DNA of 64,000 nt from Candidatus Bilamarchaeaceae archaeon (GCA_038851325.1 JAWCKZ010000004.1:5160-69159), one strand, 5' to 3'. Counted from the stretch's first letter, positions 29,425 to 39,261 are shown. Numbers and translations are program-made. Notes: a model not told the origin generated them from the sequence alone.

Positions 29425-31218
29425 ATGGAAAAATCGGGAACAACCGAAACGGTAGGAAAAGAAGAAGGAAACCCGAACCTAAAGCGAGCGGTTAATCTAA
29501 CAAACTACTTCGTGTCCCTTCCCCCTCTTCCAATTATCGTTGTCTCCATGATTGCAATCGCCCTTATTTTCGGTATTGTTCTAAATCTACCTCCGTCGAG
29601 CGACTTTTTAAAAAACTTATTGCTCGATAGCGCGATGTTACTTCTTTTTCCAGCTGTTCTAACTTCTGTCGTCATTAAAATGTTAATTAGAAAGGTGCCA
29701 TTCAAAAGGATACTTGCGACAGCCGCCGTCGGAGAAGTGATATATGGACTTGCCTACGTCGTCTCATCGTTTGTCTTTAATATAAATCCACTATATGGCG
29801 AAATGATTCTCTTCATCGGTGCCGCGATTGTTTTTGTTATGTGGTATCTTGTAGCTAGACTCATCTTCGTGTTGAAATATCGTGCGTTTCTTTTTGCGAT
29901 TCTTCAACTTCTCTTCTACCTTCTTTTCTTTTTTAACTCGAAACTGCCAAAATTCGTAGAAGCACCAGCAGTAAGTGTGGTCGCACGCACATATATCGCA
30001 TCATTCATTCTTCTCGGTGCCATGTATGTATTTTTTTACATCATAAATGCACCTATGAAAAAGACATTTGGAGTCACAAGCACAGATGTGTTCTCCCTTT
30101 TCATAAATCAGTGGATTTATAAAAAGAAAGACCTTGAAAGCGCATTCGAGCGCGTTGGAGAGAGCGCAAAAACGCTGCTAGGAATTGCTGGCTTCGAGAG
30201 AAAAAATGACACTGTGCTGTTTATAGTTCCACACGTACATTTCGGGCCTTTTGGTAATCTTGGTGGCAGCGAATTCTCTTTCCTCATAGCAGAGGAGATA
30301 ACAAAAAAATATCCGAACACACATGTGTTTGTCTTCCATGCCCCGGTAACACATGATCTCAACCCAACCTCATCTTCTGAGATAAACAAAATCACGGAAG
30401 CAGTGGAGAAAACACTTCGAAGAGCAGAATATAGAAATGAAACGGTCGCGTTGAGCCGGGGGAAAAGTGAGGAGTGCTTAGCAGAAGCGCTTATCTTTGG
30501 AAGGGACGCGTTCATAGGTGTGAGCAGAGCGCCTCATGTCACAGAGGATATAAATTTTGGCCTTGGACTCTCTATGCTTCTTAAGGCTGAGAAGTACATG
30601 GATAGAGCAATTATCGTTGACCAACACAACGCAGAAACTGGAGAGATAACGAGTTTTGAACCCGGTAGCGCCGTTGGATATAATTACATAAAGGCTATAG
30701 AAAAATCACTTACGAAAATACCAAAACAAACAAGGCTTAGGCTTGGTATTTCAGAAAAACATCCAGCATCCACAACGCTTGGAAGCGGAGGGATAAAGAT
30801 CGCAGTGTTCTCAACATCTCCACAATATGTAATTATACTTATGGATGCAAACGGTATTACTCCTGAATTTAAAAATCGGATAGAAAATGAAATAAGTACT
30901 CTTGGGAAATACGCAGTGGGTGTATTCACAACGGACACACACCAAATAAACACTATTAGAGGGGTTCTAAATCCAGCAAAAGAGGAGGCCGCAATAATCA
31001 ATGCGATAAAAGAAGGGGTCAAGGAGGCTGTTGCTGACATTCAAGAAGCTTCAGCATTTGTGGATAAAGAATGGTTTGATATAAAGGTGCTTGGTGCGAA
31101 ACATTCCATAGAGATAGTGAGCACGATCAATTCCATTGTTGCTGTAGCAAAGATAACTGCTCCTTTGATATTAATCGGGGCGGTTCTAGTTCTCCTGGCT
31201 ATCCTTTCGAAGGTTTAA
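29425..31218 (+). CDS. DUF2070 family membrane protein
   Basis: N-terminal TM block, VHFGPFGNLGGS, HAPVTHDLNP, DQHN, DANG, TTDTH. Start moved to ATG 29425. Confidence 0.88.
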   Translation: MEKSGTTETVGKEEGNPNLKRAVNLTNYFVSLPPLPIIVVSMIAIALIFGIVLNLPPSSDFLKNLLLDSAMLLLFPAVLTSVVIKMLIRKVPFKRILATAAVGEVIYGLAYVVSSFVFNINPLYGEMILFIGAAIVFVMWYLVARLIFVLKYRAFLFAILQLLFYLLFFFNSKLPKFVEAPAVSVVARTYIASFILLGAMYVFFYIINAPMKKTFGVTSTDVFSLFINQWIYKKKDLESAFERVGESAKTLLGIAGFERKNDTVLFIVPHVHFGPFGNLGGSEFSFLIAEEITKKYPNTHVFVFHAPVTHDLNPTSSSEINKITEAVEKTLRRAEYRNETVALSRGKSEECLAEALIFGRDAFIGVSRAPHVTEDINFGLGLSMLLKAEKYMDRAIIVDQHNAETGEITSFEPGSAVGYNYIKAIEKSLTKIPKQTRLRLGISEKHPASTTLGSGGIKIAVFSTSPQYVIILMDANGITPEFKNRIENEISTLGKYAVGVFTTDTHQINTIRGVLNPAKEEAAIINAIKEGVKEAVADIQEASAFVDKEWFDIKVLGAKHSIEIVSTINSIVAVAKITAPLILIGAVLVLLAILSKV

Positions 31219-31228
31219 AATAATATGG

Positions 31229-31386
31229 TGTTACAAATTACTATGTTTGCTCACAGACGCTCTTCCATTTCATCGCATTTGCTTCTCCTTCTTTTACTTC
31301 ATAAGCACAGGATTGTCTTAGGCTGGCAGGAGTGCTCACTTAGATCGCACGGTCTTGTCCTGTGTTTCACCGTATAATTTGTAATA
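31229..31386 (+). ncRNA. Candidate structured intergenic RNA
   Basis: Terminal stem TGTTACAAATTA/TAATTTGTAATA. Internal AAGCACAGGA/TCCTGTGTTT, AGGCTG/CGGTCT, GTGC/GCAC. Mismatches read as G-U on the + strand. Confidence 0.45.
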
Positions 31387-31465
31387 GGCTCGACCAACAG
31401 TGACGATACATATTTAAATTGTTTTTTCTTTTATTTGTTTACACAAGCGAATAAAGGCAGGATGT

Positions 31466-32497
31466 ATGAAAAAGGCGGATTACCTTAAAACAAAAATCGA
31501 ACATATAGATATAACTTCGTTTGATGCGACGCCAGTTATAGAACAGTATTCGAAAACTGCATTCCAAGCACGCAATCTTGCAAGAGCGGCGAAGATATAC
31601 GACAGAATGCTTGCTGATAACGATTGCACTGTGATTCTTTGTATAGCTGGCTCTCTCGTCAGCGCTGGTCTGAAAAAGGTAATCTGCGACATGATCGAAT
31701 ATAACATGGCTGATGTAGTTGTAGCAACAGGCGCGAACGTTGTTGACCAAGACTTTTTTGAGGGGCTCGGTTTTCATCACTATCAAGGTACCCCGCGTGT
31801 TGATGACGATGACCTGTTCAGAAAGCATATAGATAGGATTTACGATACCTACATAGATGAGGACGAGCTTCGGATCTGCGATATGACCGTTGCAAAGATA
31901 GCCGACAGCATTGAGCCAAGACCATATTCATCAAGAGAGTTCATAGAGATAATGGGGAAATATCTCGATGAGTATAAAAAAGAATCTGTTTCATTTGTAA
32001 GAAACGCGTATAAAAAAGGCGTACCGATATTTGTTCCAGCCTTTTCAGACTGCAGTGCTGGGTTTGGCCTCGTTTACCACCAAATGAATCGCGGCGACAA
32101 ACCAAAGGTAACCATAGATTCAGCAAAGGATTTTCTTGAGCTAACAAAAATAAAAATTGCTGCTGGAGAGACTGGTCTCTTTATGCTTGGTGGCGGAGTG
32201 CCGAAAAACTTTGCGCAGGATGTTGTTGTTGCCGCAGACGTCCTTGGAAAGAATGTCCACATGCATAAATATGCTGTGCAGATTACAGTTGCTGATGAGC
32301 GCGATGGAGGGCTTTCAGGCTCAACGCTCAAGGAGGCTCATTCGTGGGGAAAGGTTGACGAAGGATTCGAACAGATGGTGTTTGCAGAGGTAACTCTAGC
32401 AGCGCCTCTTATCGTTAGCTACGCCTACCATAAAGGTAACTGGAAAAAACGGAGACCTAAAAATTTCAATTTGCTACTAAATACTAGGAGGATATAA
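31466..32497 (+). CDS. Deoxyhypusine synthase-like protein (SpeY-like)
   Basis: TAFQARNL, QDFFEGLGFHHY, IDRIYDTYIDE, GGGVPKNF, GSTLKEAHSWGK. Confidence 0.9.
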   Translation: MKKADYLKTKIEHIDITSFDATPVIEQYSKTAFQARNLARAAKIYDRMLADNDCTVILCIAGSLVSAGLKKVICDMIEYNMADVVVATGANVVDQDFFEGLGFHHYQGTPRVDDDDLFRKHIDRIYDTYIDEDELRICDMTVAKIADSIEPRPYSSREFIEIMGKYLDEYKKESVSFVRNAYKKGVPIFVPAFSDCSAGFGLVYHQMNRGDKPKVTIDSAKDFLELTKIKIAAGETGLFMLGGGVPKNFAQDVVVAADVLGKNVHMHKYAVQITVADERDGGLSGSTLKEAHSWGKVDEGFEQMVFAEVTLAAPLIVSYAYHKGNWKKRRPKNFNLLLNTRRI

Positions 32498-33040
32498 ATG
32501 GTGCCAACGAAAATGTTTTTTGTGAAGGGGGTTGGAGTCCACAAAGATCGGCTCGCGTCTTTTGAGCTTGCCCTCAGAGATGCCGGAATACAGATGTGCA
32601 ACCTTGTTTACGTCTCAAGCATCTTTCCACCTGGATGTAAGATAATCCCAAAGGACGAAGGGATAAAGTTACTCAAACCTGGTCAAATAGTTTATTGTGT
32701 TATGGCTAGAAATGAGACAAACGAGCCGAATAGACTCATAGCCGCCGCTGTTGGTCTCGCAGTTCCAAAGAACACAGATAACTACGGTTATCTCTCCGAG
32801 CATCATGCATTTGGCGAAACTGCTGCCAAGGCAGGAGAGTATGCTGAGGACCTTGCTGCAACAATGCTTGCCTCAACACTCGGCATCCCTTTTGACATAG
32901 AACAGGCATGGGATGAAAGAGAGCAAGTCTACAAGTCAAGTGGTCTTATCACAAAGACATCAAACATCTGCCAATCAGCGGAAGGAAATAAGAACGGCTT
33001 ATGGACAACGGTAATCGCAGCAGCAGTTTTGATAGAGTAA
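32498..33040 (+). CDS. pdaD: Pyruvoyl-dependent arginine decarboxylase
   Basis: [23 protein letters not shown] (Ser-Ser self-cleavage site), YGYLSEHH. Confidence 0.93.
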   Translation: MVPTKMFFVKGVGVHKDRLASFELALRDAGIQMCNLVYVSSIFPPGCKIIPKDEGIKLLKPGQIVYCVMARNETNEPNRLIAAAVGLAVPKNTDNYGYLSEHHAFGETAAKAGEYAEDLAATMLASTLGIPFDIEQAWDEREQVYKSSGLITKTSNICQSAEGNKNGLWTTVIAAAVLIE

Positions 33041-33053
33041 CCAAAACGATTTT

Positions 33054-33932
33054 ATGCTAAAAGTACCATTCAATTTCTGTGGTCTTCCAAAAGAGTATTC
33101 TGATTATTCCAAGGCAGCGATAGTTATACTCCAAGTGCCATTTGACAAAACATCCACTTGGGGGAAGGGGGCTGATAAAGGACCAAGGGCGATCATAGAT
33201 GCGTCAAGAAATCTAGAGCTGTACGATATCGAAACAGGAAGTGAGGTTTGCGAAAAAGGGATCGCAACCTTAAAGCCGATTTCGGCTGCGACAGTTGAAA
33301 AACTTGTGGATGCAACTTACAAAAGGGTACGAGAGCTGCTCGCTGATAAAAAATTTGTTGTCACGCTCGGGGGGGAACATTCGGTATCCATAGGACCGAT
33401 AAAGGCGCACGCAGAAGCCTTCAGGGACATTAGCATTCTGCATCTCGATGCTCACGGTGACAGACGCGATTTCTATATGGGCAGTAAGTATAATCATGCG
33501 TGCGTTATCGCACGAGTAAGAGAATTTACAGAAAACATCGTATCTGTTGGTATAAGAAGCATGGACTCAAGCGAACTTAAGTTGGTCGAACGAGATAAAA
33601 TTTTCTATGCGCACGAAATTTATAATTCAGAGGATTGGATTCCGAATGTTGTGGAAAAACTCACGGATAATGTGTACATCACAATAGACCTCGATGTTTT
33701 TGACCCATCTATAATGCCATCAACCGGAACACCAGAGCCAGGTGGCTTGGGTTGGTATCAGGTTGAGCACCTTCTCAAAGCAGTAACCGAGAGACGAAAC
33801 GTACTTGGATTTGATATCGTTGAACTCGCTCCAGTCAAAACAGATCGCGCGCCTGATTTTCTTGCTGCAAAGCTTGTATATAAGTTACTAAGTTATAAGT
33901 TTGCTCCGCATGCCAACCGCCCTGGACTATGA
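33054..33932 (+). CDS. speB: Agmatinase / ureohydrolase
   Basis: LGGEHS, LDAHGD, DLDVFDPS.MPSTGTPEPGG, DIVEL. Confidence 0.92.
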   Translation: MLKVPFNFCGLPKEYSDYSKAAIVILQVPFDKTSTWGKGADKGPRAIIDASRNLELYDIETGSEVCEKGIATLKPISAATVEKLVDATYKRVRELLADKKFVVTLGGEHSVSIGPIKAHAEAFRDISILHLDAHGDRRDFYMGSKYNHACVIARVREFTENIVSVGIRSMDSSELKLVERDKIFYAHEIYNSEDWIPNVVEKLTDNVYITIDLDVFDPSIMPSTGTPEPGGLGWYQVEHLLKAVTERRNVLGFDIVELAPVKTDRAPDFLAAKLVYKLLSYKFAPHANRPGL

Positions 33933-33989
33933 GCCCTGTCCCTTACGATTTCTTCTTCCTTTTTAAATGTAATATACACTAAACAGTTC

Positions 33990-34610
33990 ATGGATGAACG
34001 CGGAATAGAAGACGCAATCGTCATGGACGAAAACACATTCAAGTCTCTCACTTCAGAGACAAGAACAGAGATATTGAAGTTGCTCAAGAAAAGAAATCAT
34101 ACGCTTTCAGAGATTGCAAAAGCACTTAAAATTTCGAAAACAACAGCAAAGGAGCATCTTGATATCCTTGTCGAAGGTAGGCTTGTAGAGCAGGTTCCTT
34201 CAACGAACATATGGAAATATTATACGCTTACGAAGGACGGAAAAAAGCTTGTTGGTGAGGAAGGGCCTAAAAGGGTTGTGATATTAATTGCAATGTGCAT
34301 CTTTGGCATTCTTTTGTCGTTCTACGGCGCATATGGGCTCACTGCACCAGATTTGGAAAAGCAAACAGGGGCAACCCACTTTTACACTGAGCGCGGCGGT
34401 GAAGAGAGCATTGCCCAGGTACAAGCGATGCAAACAGACGGAATGCAAACAGACGAAATCCCGGCACAAGAAGGTGAGTCTGTTGCTGAGTCTGTTGCTA
34501 AAATAGATAATAACAACATATCGGTTGTTGCACTTGTTTTAGGATTATCTATAATTATGGTTTCATTATTCACACTGCTAAAAAGAAATAAAGAACGGTC
34601 GATAGTATGA
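33990..34610 (+). CDS. ArsR-like winged-helix regulator with two TM helices
   Basis: FKSLTSETR.EIL..L...HTLSEIA...SKTTAKEHL..L; two hydrophobic segments in the C-terminal half. Confidence 0.8.
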   Translation: MDERGIEDAIVMDENTFKSLTSETRTEILKLLKKRNHTLSEIAKALKISKTTAKEHLDILVEGRLVEQVPSTNIWKYYTLTKDGKKLVGEEGPKRVVILIAMCIFGILLSFYGAYGLTAPDLEKQTGATHFYTERGGEESIAQVQAMQTDGMQTDEIPAQEGESVAESVAKIDNNNISVVALVLGLSIIMVSLFTLLKRNKERSIV

Positions 34611-35149
34611 GTTGCTTCTGTCAAAGATTGCTCTTTGGAGTTTTGCTTTTGGGAGCGCTTTTCTTTTATGGATGTTTAGCCCAACAAGGCATGCCTCCTG
34701 TGGAAAATGAAACTCCAGTGTTTAATGAAACACCATCTAACAACGAGACAGAAAGTTCCGGCACCCCATATTGTAGCGCACTTGGAACGCGAAGTGAGGG
34801 GTGGTACATCAAAGGCAGATTGATTAAATATGCCAATTGCACTGGATGCACTGCTAGGTGTGAAGCCATAGGCACTCGCTCAGAAGGTTGGTATAGCTCT
34901 TGCGACGGTTCTCTGATTATGTGGGAGCAGTGTGCAGGAACACATCTGCCAGAAAGATTCTGCGGATGGTCTACTTATGGCTCCTGCTCTTCTGATTCTG
35001 ATTGCAAAGTTGGCGGCTGCTCCGGACAGGTCTGCCAATCAAAATACGAAGAGTCTGTTATCACAACATGTGAATATCGAGAGTGCTACAATGCACGGGC
35101 ATACGACCTGAGTTGCAAATGTATTGCCGGGCGGTGTCAGTGGAACTGA
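34607..35149 (+). CDS. Secreted cysteine-rich protein with eight-cysteine-cluster domain
   Basis: Leader ending FYGC; two C.A.GTRSEGWY repeats; C-terminal FCGWST..SC..DSDC..GGCSGQVC...C.C..GRCQW. Confidence 0.8.
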   Translation: MSCFCQRLLFGVLLLGALFFYGCLAQQGMPPVENETPVFNETPSNNETESSGTPYCSALGTRSEGWYIKGRLIKYANCTGCTARCEAIGTRSEGWYSSCDGSLIMWEQCAGTHLPERFCGWSTYGSCSSDSDCKVGGCSGQVCQSKYEESVITTCEYRECYNARAYDLSCKCIAGRCQWN

Positions 35150-35179
35150 TTTTATTCCTTTTCCTCCTTAATTTTTCTG

Positions 35180-36160
35180 ATGGTTGAAAAGCAGATGTGC
35201 GAAAATGACCTGAGCAACGAGGTACCAAAAGGCAAAAAATGTTCTCTGTGCAGCGGCTCTGCAGTCATCTTCCTGCCTTATGCCGACAAATATATGTGCA
35301 GAAAGCATTTTGTGCGGCATTTTGAGAAACGCTTCTTTGAAACAGTGCGCGAATTTGGGATGGTGAAGAAGGGCGAAACAGTTGCCCTTGGGCTTTCAGG
35401 TGGAAAGGACAGCACCACTCTTCTTTACATGCTGAGGAAATTAAAAACCAAGCTTCCATTCGACATCATTGCAATCACAATTGATCTTGGTATAGACTGC
35501 GAATATAACAAAAAAATAATACAGATAGCCGCAGAAACATGCAAACAGTTGGGAATTCGGCATTATATATTCCCATTAAAAAATGCTATCGGATACACCA
35601 TCGATGAGCTTGTTGTAAAAACCGGTACGCGCAATCCATGCAGCGAGTGCGGGATTGTTCGACGTTATCTACTCAACAGGTACGCACGTGAACTTGGGGC
35701 GAATAAGCTTGCAATAGCTCACACGCTCAACGACACGGCTGAAACAGTTCTTATGAATATCCTGAGAAATGAACCGCTGAGGCTCTTTAGATACAACGAA
35801 CACCTGATATCTAATGAACGGTTTGTTCCAAGAATAAAACCATTTTTGAAATCTCCTGAAAGCGAAGTAGTCACTTACGGACGACTGAAAGGGCTTCAAC
35901 TGCTTGAGAAAAAATGCTGCCCTTATTCCATCTACGCATTTAGAAAATTTATTAGGAAACAACTCGCTGAAATAGAGCAAAAGTACCCCGGTTCCATGTT
36001 TAAGATAGTTAATAGCTTTCTAAAACTACAGAAGATGTTCAAAAAGGAAAACACAATGAAATTGAGTATAAATCAGTGCAAAATCTGTGGAGAACCATGC
36101 GGAGGGGATGGGTGTAAATTTTGCCAACTTCTCGGTAGGCTCAATGACCAAACTAGGTGA
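35180..36160 (+). CDS. tRNA 2-thiolation protein, TtuA/NcsA family
   Basis: N- and C-terminal Zn fingers, PP-loop SGGKDS, CSECG, RIKPF, CPYS. Confidence 0.88.
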   Translation: MVEKQMCENDLSNEVPKGKKCSLCSGSAVIFLPYADKYMCRKHFVRHFEKRFFETVREFGMVKKGETVALGLSGGKDSTTLLYMLRKLKTKLPFDIIAITIDLGIDCEYNKKIIQIAAETCKQLGIRHYIFPLKNAIGYTIDELVVKTGTRNPCSECGIVRRYLLNRYARELGANKLAIAHTLNDTAETVLMNILRNEPLRLFRYNEHLISNERFVPRIKPFLKSPESEVVTYGRLKGLQLLEKKCCPYSIYAFRKFIRKQLAEIEQKYPGSMFKIVNSFLKLQKMFKKENTMKLSINQCKICGEPCGGDGCKFCQLLGRLNDQTR

Positions 36161-36172
36161 TCAAAATAGGGC

Positions 36173-37051
36173 CTAAAGGTGCATGCGCTCGATTCGGACA
36201 ACAATTCCCCTTCTTCTGCTCAGAATCTCATCCCGCCCAAATAGCGCCTTTCCCATACCGACGAACATTCCCGACTCTGAATAGAGCGCAACTATTTCGT
36301 TTTTCTCTATATCTTTCTCAACATCTTTCACCCCCGGGGCCATCAGCTGAGCACCGCTTTTTATGCTTTTGACAGCACTCTCACGCACGATTATCTTTCT
36401 TGCATCGATATAATCCTCGGGCTTTTTTATCAGCTCGAGCAGGGTTTCAGGTTTTCCTTTTTTATAAAGCCAAATTGCGTCTATAAGATCCTGAAGCGTC
36501 ACCGCCTCGTTCTCCGTTATCCTTCCAACTGCTATTCTACGTAGCTCCTCCATCCGTGCCCCGCCGCATTTTTTTCCAATATCCTCGCAAAGCGTTCGGA
36601 TGTACGTTCCTGCTTCCACCTCTACAGCAAACAGCACAAGATTATCCTTTCTCTCCAAAAAATCAAAATAGTAAACGGTTCGTTTTCGTGGAACTTTTCT
36701 TACGGCGCTTTCTTTTGGTGGCGTTTGTGTTATTACGCCTGTGAATTCCTTAAAAAGCTCTTTTATTCGCTCGTTTGTTATGCTCCTATCTTTGAATTTT
36801 ATAATGCCGACATACTTTTTTCGTTTTCCTGCTATGTAACCAATAAGCTTTGTCGCCTTGCCGATTGCAACTGGAAGGACCCCTGAAACCTCGGGATCAA
36901 GCGTTCCTGCATGTCCCGCCCGCTTTGCACCCAACAACTTTTTAACAAATGCTGTTATACCGTGGCTTACATGGCCACATGGTTTATCTATTATGATCAG
37001 CCCGTCTCCTATCATATCCCTCGCTCTTACGCATTGTATTTCACTCGACAA
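36173..37051 (-). CDS. cbf5: H/ACA pseudouridine synthase Cbf5
   Basis: IDKP, GHAGTLDPEVSG, EAGTYIRTLC, PUA domain. Start may be ATG 37015. Confidence 0.93.
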   Translation of the reverse strand: MSSEIQCVRARDMIGDGLIIIDKPCGHVSHGITAFVKKLLGAKRAGHAGTLDPEVSGVLPVAIGKATKLIGYIAGKRKKYVGIIKFKDRSITNERIKELFKEFTGVITQTPPKESAVRKVPRKRTVYYFDFLERKDNLVLFAVEVEAGTYIRTLCEDIGKKCGGARMEELRRIAVGRITENEAVTLQDLIDAIWLYKKGKPETLLELIKKPEDYIDARKIIVRESAVKSIKSGAQLMAPGVKDVEKDIEKNEIVALYSESGMFVGMGKALFGRDEILSRRRGIVVRIERMHL

Positions 37052-37196
37052 GTTTCAGATGACGAATTGCATATTTTCTTTCTTTACCTTTTGAGTCTGT
37101 TGCGAGTACATATGGTTCTATTACCTTCTTGACTGTGACCCTTTCCCCCTTCCGTCTTCCACATATCAATTCGCAAACACTTCCTCCTTTTATCAT
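37041..37196 (-). CDS. rpl14e: 50S ribosomal protein L14e, very short (51 aa, not in ORF track)
   Basis: MIKGGSVCELICGRRKGERVTV...KERKYAIRHL (KOW-like); AGGTGA RBS; canonical position between cmk and cbf5. Confidence 0.75.
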   Translation of the reverse strand: MIKGGSVCELICGRRKGERVTVKKVIEPYVLATDSKGKERKYAIRHLKLVE

Positions 37197-37201
37197 ACAA
37201 A

Positions 37202-37738
37202 TCACCTGGTTTCCACGCAATTGCTTTTTCTCTGTTTCATTTTTATAATTTTAAGCGAATCCTTAAGAAGCTCTTCTGGCGGCTTTTTCCCGTCTAGCAC
37301 AGCATCAAATATACTCTCATCAGTTATATCTATCTTATAAAGAGAAAAATAACGCTTTCTGTTGCTCTCATCACGTTCTCTTACATGTTCTAGAGCGTCT
37401 TTAATCGACATTCCATCTCTTTTAGCTATTCTCTGAGCTCTTATTTCTAAAGGCACGTTTATCTTTATCTTTACGTCCGCGTTAACGATCCATGGTCCGA
37501 GCCAGGTAGTCACAACACAGTCTCCCTTCGTTGCCTCTTCCCTGAGCAAGCTGTCAAATTTTAAGTCTATGCTTTTGTCCTTCTCTGCTCTTCTCTGAAG
37601 ATCCATGAGTGAAATGCCCTCTTTCGCAGCAAGGTCTTTGAATGTTGGGCAGACAAGACGGTAACCAAGGCGTTTTGCGATCAGCGCACCCAGCGTGTTT
37701 TTTCCTGCCCCTGTTAGACCCCAAACAGCAATTATCAT
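37202..37738 (-). CDS. cmk: Cytidylate kinase (archaeal)
   Basis: GLTGAGKNT P-loop, IRAQRIAKRDG, ERDESNRKRY..LY.IDI; synteny. Confidence 0.9.
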   Translation of the reverse strand: MIIAVWGLTGAGKNTLGALIAKRLGYRLVCPTFKDLAAKEGISLMDLQRRAEKDKSIDLKFDSLLREEATKGDCVVTTWLGPWIVNADVKIKINVPLEIRAQRIAKRDGMSIKDALEHVRERDESNRKRYFSLYKIDITDESIFDAVLDGKKPPEELLKDSLKIIKMKQRKSNCVETR

Positions 37739-37742
37739 CCTC

Positions 37743-38543
37743 TCACTTCTTTATTCTTCCAAGAATAAATGAATAGCTAAGACCAAAAATCAAAGAAATG
37801 AATATGAACCACCAATATGGTTGGTATATTGTTTTTACATTTACCATAGGAAGAGTAAACGGGAGCTCAACCTTAAACTCAGTTCCATTGTTTATGACCA
37901 CTGCAACATCATGCGCATTTTGCGGTGGCTTTGCAGTTATCCTAACCGTTTCTCCCTCTCCGTAAACATCTTTGTCCGTTGCTATCTCCATGTTTGCATT
38001 CGTCCTATCCACGTAGGCCTCTGTAGTTCTCTCGCCGTAATAGAAGAAGGTTGCATTTCTACCAACCTCTGTGCCGCCATTTAGCGCTCTTACTACAGCG
38101 ATCCATTTTCCATAATTCGCACCGCTTATATTAAAGCAAGCAGTGTATATACCATCGCCAGCCCTCTCATCACAGTTGCTACCATCATCTTTCATTTGTA
38201 GTTTTATGTCATCACTCGTGCTCGGATCAAAATGATTAACAACATATGTAAACAGACCAAAGATCACGAGAATAATGATCATTGGTTTAAACTGATTGAA
38301 CATCATCTTGTTCATCCTTGGCAATAGCGCCATCTGCTCGCTCATAATCTTGTCCATTCTTGCTCTGTCTGATTTTTCGGCTGCTTCCTTGTACTCCTTA
38401 CTTAGTCGCTTCGATTCCTTCTGAATATCCTCTATTTCCCTTCTATCTATCATTCTATTTTGGACCTCTCGCGCAATGATGCTATAGATAATAGCAGCTG
38501 CCGCAACAAGGTAAATATAGAAGGATAAGTCCATAATAATCAT
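37743..38543 (-). CDS. DUF106 / EMC3-TMCO1 (Oxa1 superfamily) membrane protein with inserted soluble domain
   Basis: TM helix, coiled coil, MMFNQFKPM TM helix, final WWFIF helix; synteny with cmk. Confidence 0.8.
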   Translation of the reverse strand: MIIMDLSFYIYLVAAAAIIYSIIAREVQNRMIDRREIEDIQKESKRLSKEYKEAAEKSDRARMDKIMSEQMALLPRMNKMMFNQFKPMIIILVIFGLFTYVVNHFDPSTSDDIKLQMKDDGSNCDERAGDGIYTACFNISGANYGKWIAVVRALNGGTEVGRNATFFYYGERTTEAYVDRTNANMEIATDKDVYGEGETVRITAKPPQNAHDVAVVINNGTEFKVELPFTLPMVNVKTIYQPYWWFIFISLIFGLSYSFILGRIKK

Positions 38544-38596
38544 TAAAACGAGAGATTTTATAAATGCTCTTTAACCATCGCGAGCAGGGATAAAAA

Positions 38597-39241
38597 CTAT
38601 TCTTTTTTATAACGCTCGAACGGTCCTTTTGCTTCCTTTACTATTCCTTCTATTTCTGGTTCTGCAACTTCTTCTTTTTTTATACCCTCGCTCTTTGGCT
38701 TTTTTCCAAATTTCTTTTTCTTCTTTATAGCAACTATCTCTCCTGCCCTCTCTCTTTTTTTAAGACCAAGCATCTCAAGAATACTATCTATAATTCTCTG
38801 TAAGAGCGACTTCTTTTTTTCTATTGTAACGCGATATGATGCGGCCATGGGTCCTCCGCTAACCAATCCCCATTTTCTCTGTTCTTCACCAAGGCAGGAT
38901 GCGCAAAGCATTCTATTGTTCCACATGTAAAGCCGCTCTGTTTCTCTCCCGCAGCGTTCGCATCCCTTGCGGTATCTTAGTTGCGGCGCATGCAGTTCTT
39001 CTTTTTTTCGCGGTTTATATTCTTCCTTTTTCTTTTCTGCTTCTCTTAGTTCTACAAGACAGTAAGGGCATACCCACTGCCCCTTATACTGTTGGAGTTC
39101 TGAAAGCGGAATATACATCTGGCATCTCCAACACTGTTTCATTCTTCCATAAAACACACAAGAGCTGCAATACGGAAGCCCGTCACTTCCGTATTCTATC
39201 TCCCCTCTTTTTCCACAGCGCGAACAAACTCCGATAGCCAT
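38597..39241 (-). CDS. Multi-CxxC zinc-finger protein
   Basis: Six CxxC pairs and a Lys-rich tail. Confidence 0.75.
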   Translation of the reverse strand: MAIGVCSRCGKRGEIEYGSDGLPYCSSCVFYGRMKQCWRCQMYIPLSELQQYKGQWVCPYCLVELREAEKKKEEYKPRKKEELHAPQLRYRKGCERCGRETERLYMWNNRMLCASCLGEEQRKWGLVSGGPMAASYRVTIEKKKSLLQRIIDSILEMLGLKKRERAGEIVAIKKKKKFGKKPKSEGIKKEEVAEPEIEGIVKEAKGPFERYKKE

Positions 39242-39261
39242 TTTATCGCTTTTTTAATTTT

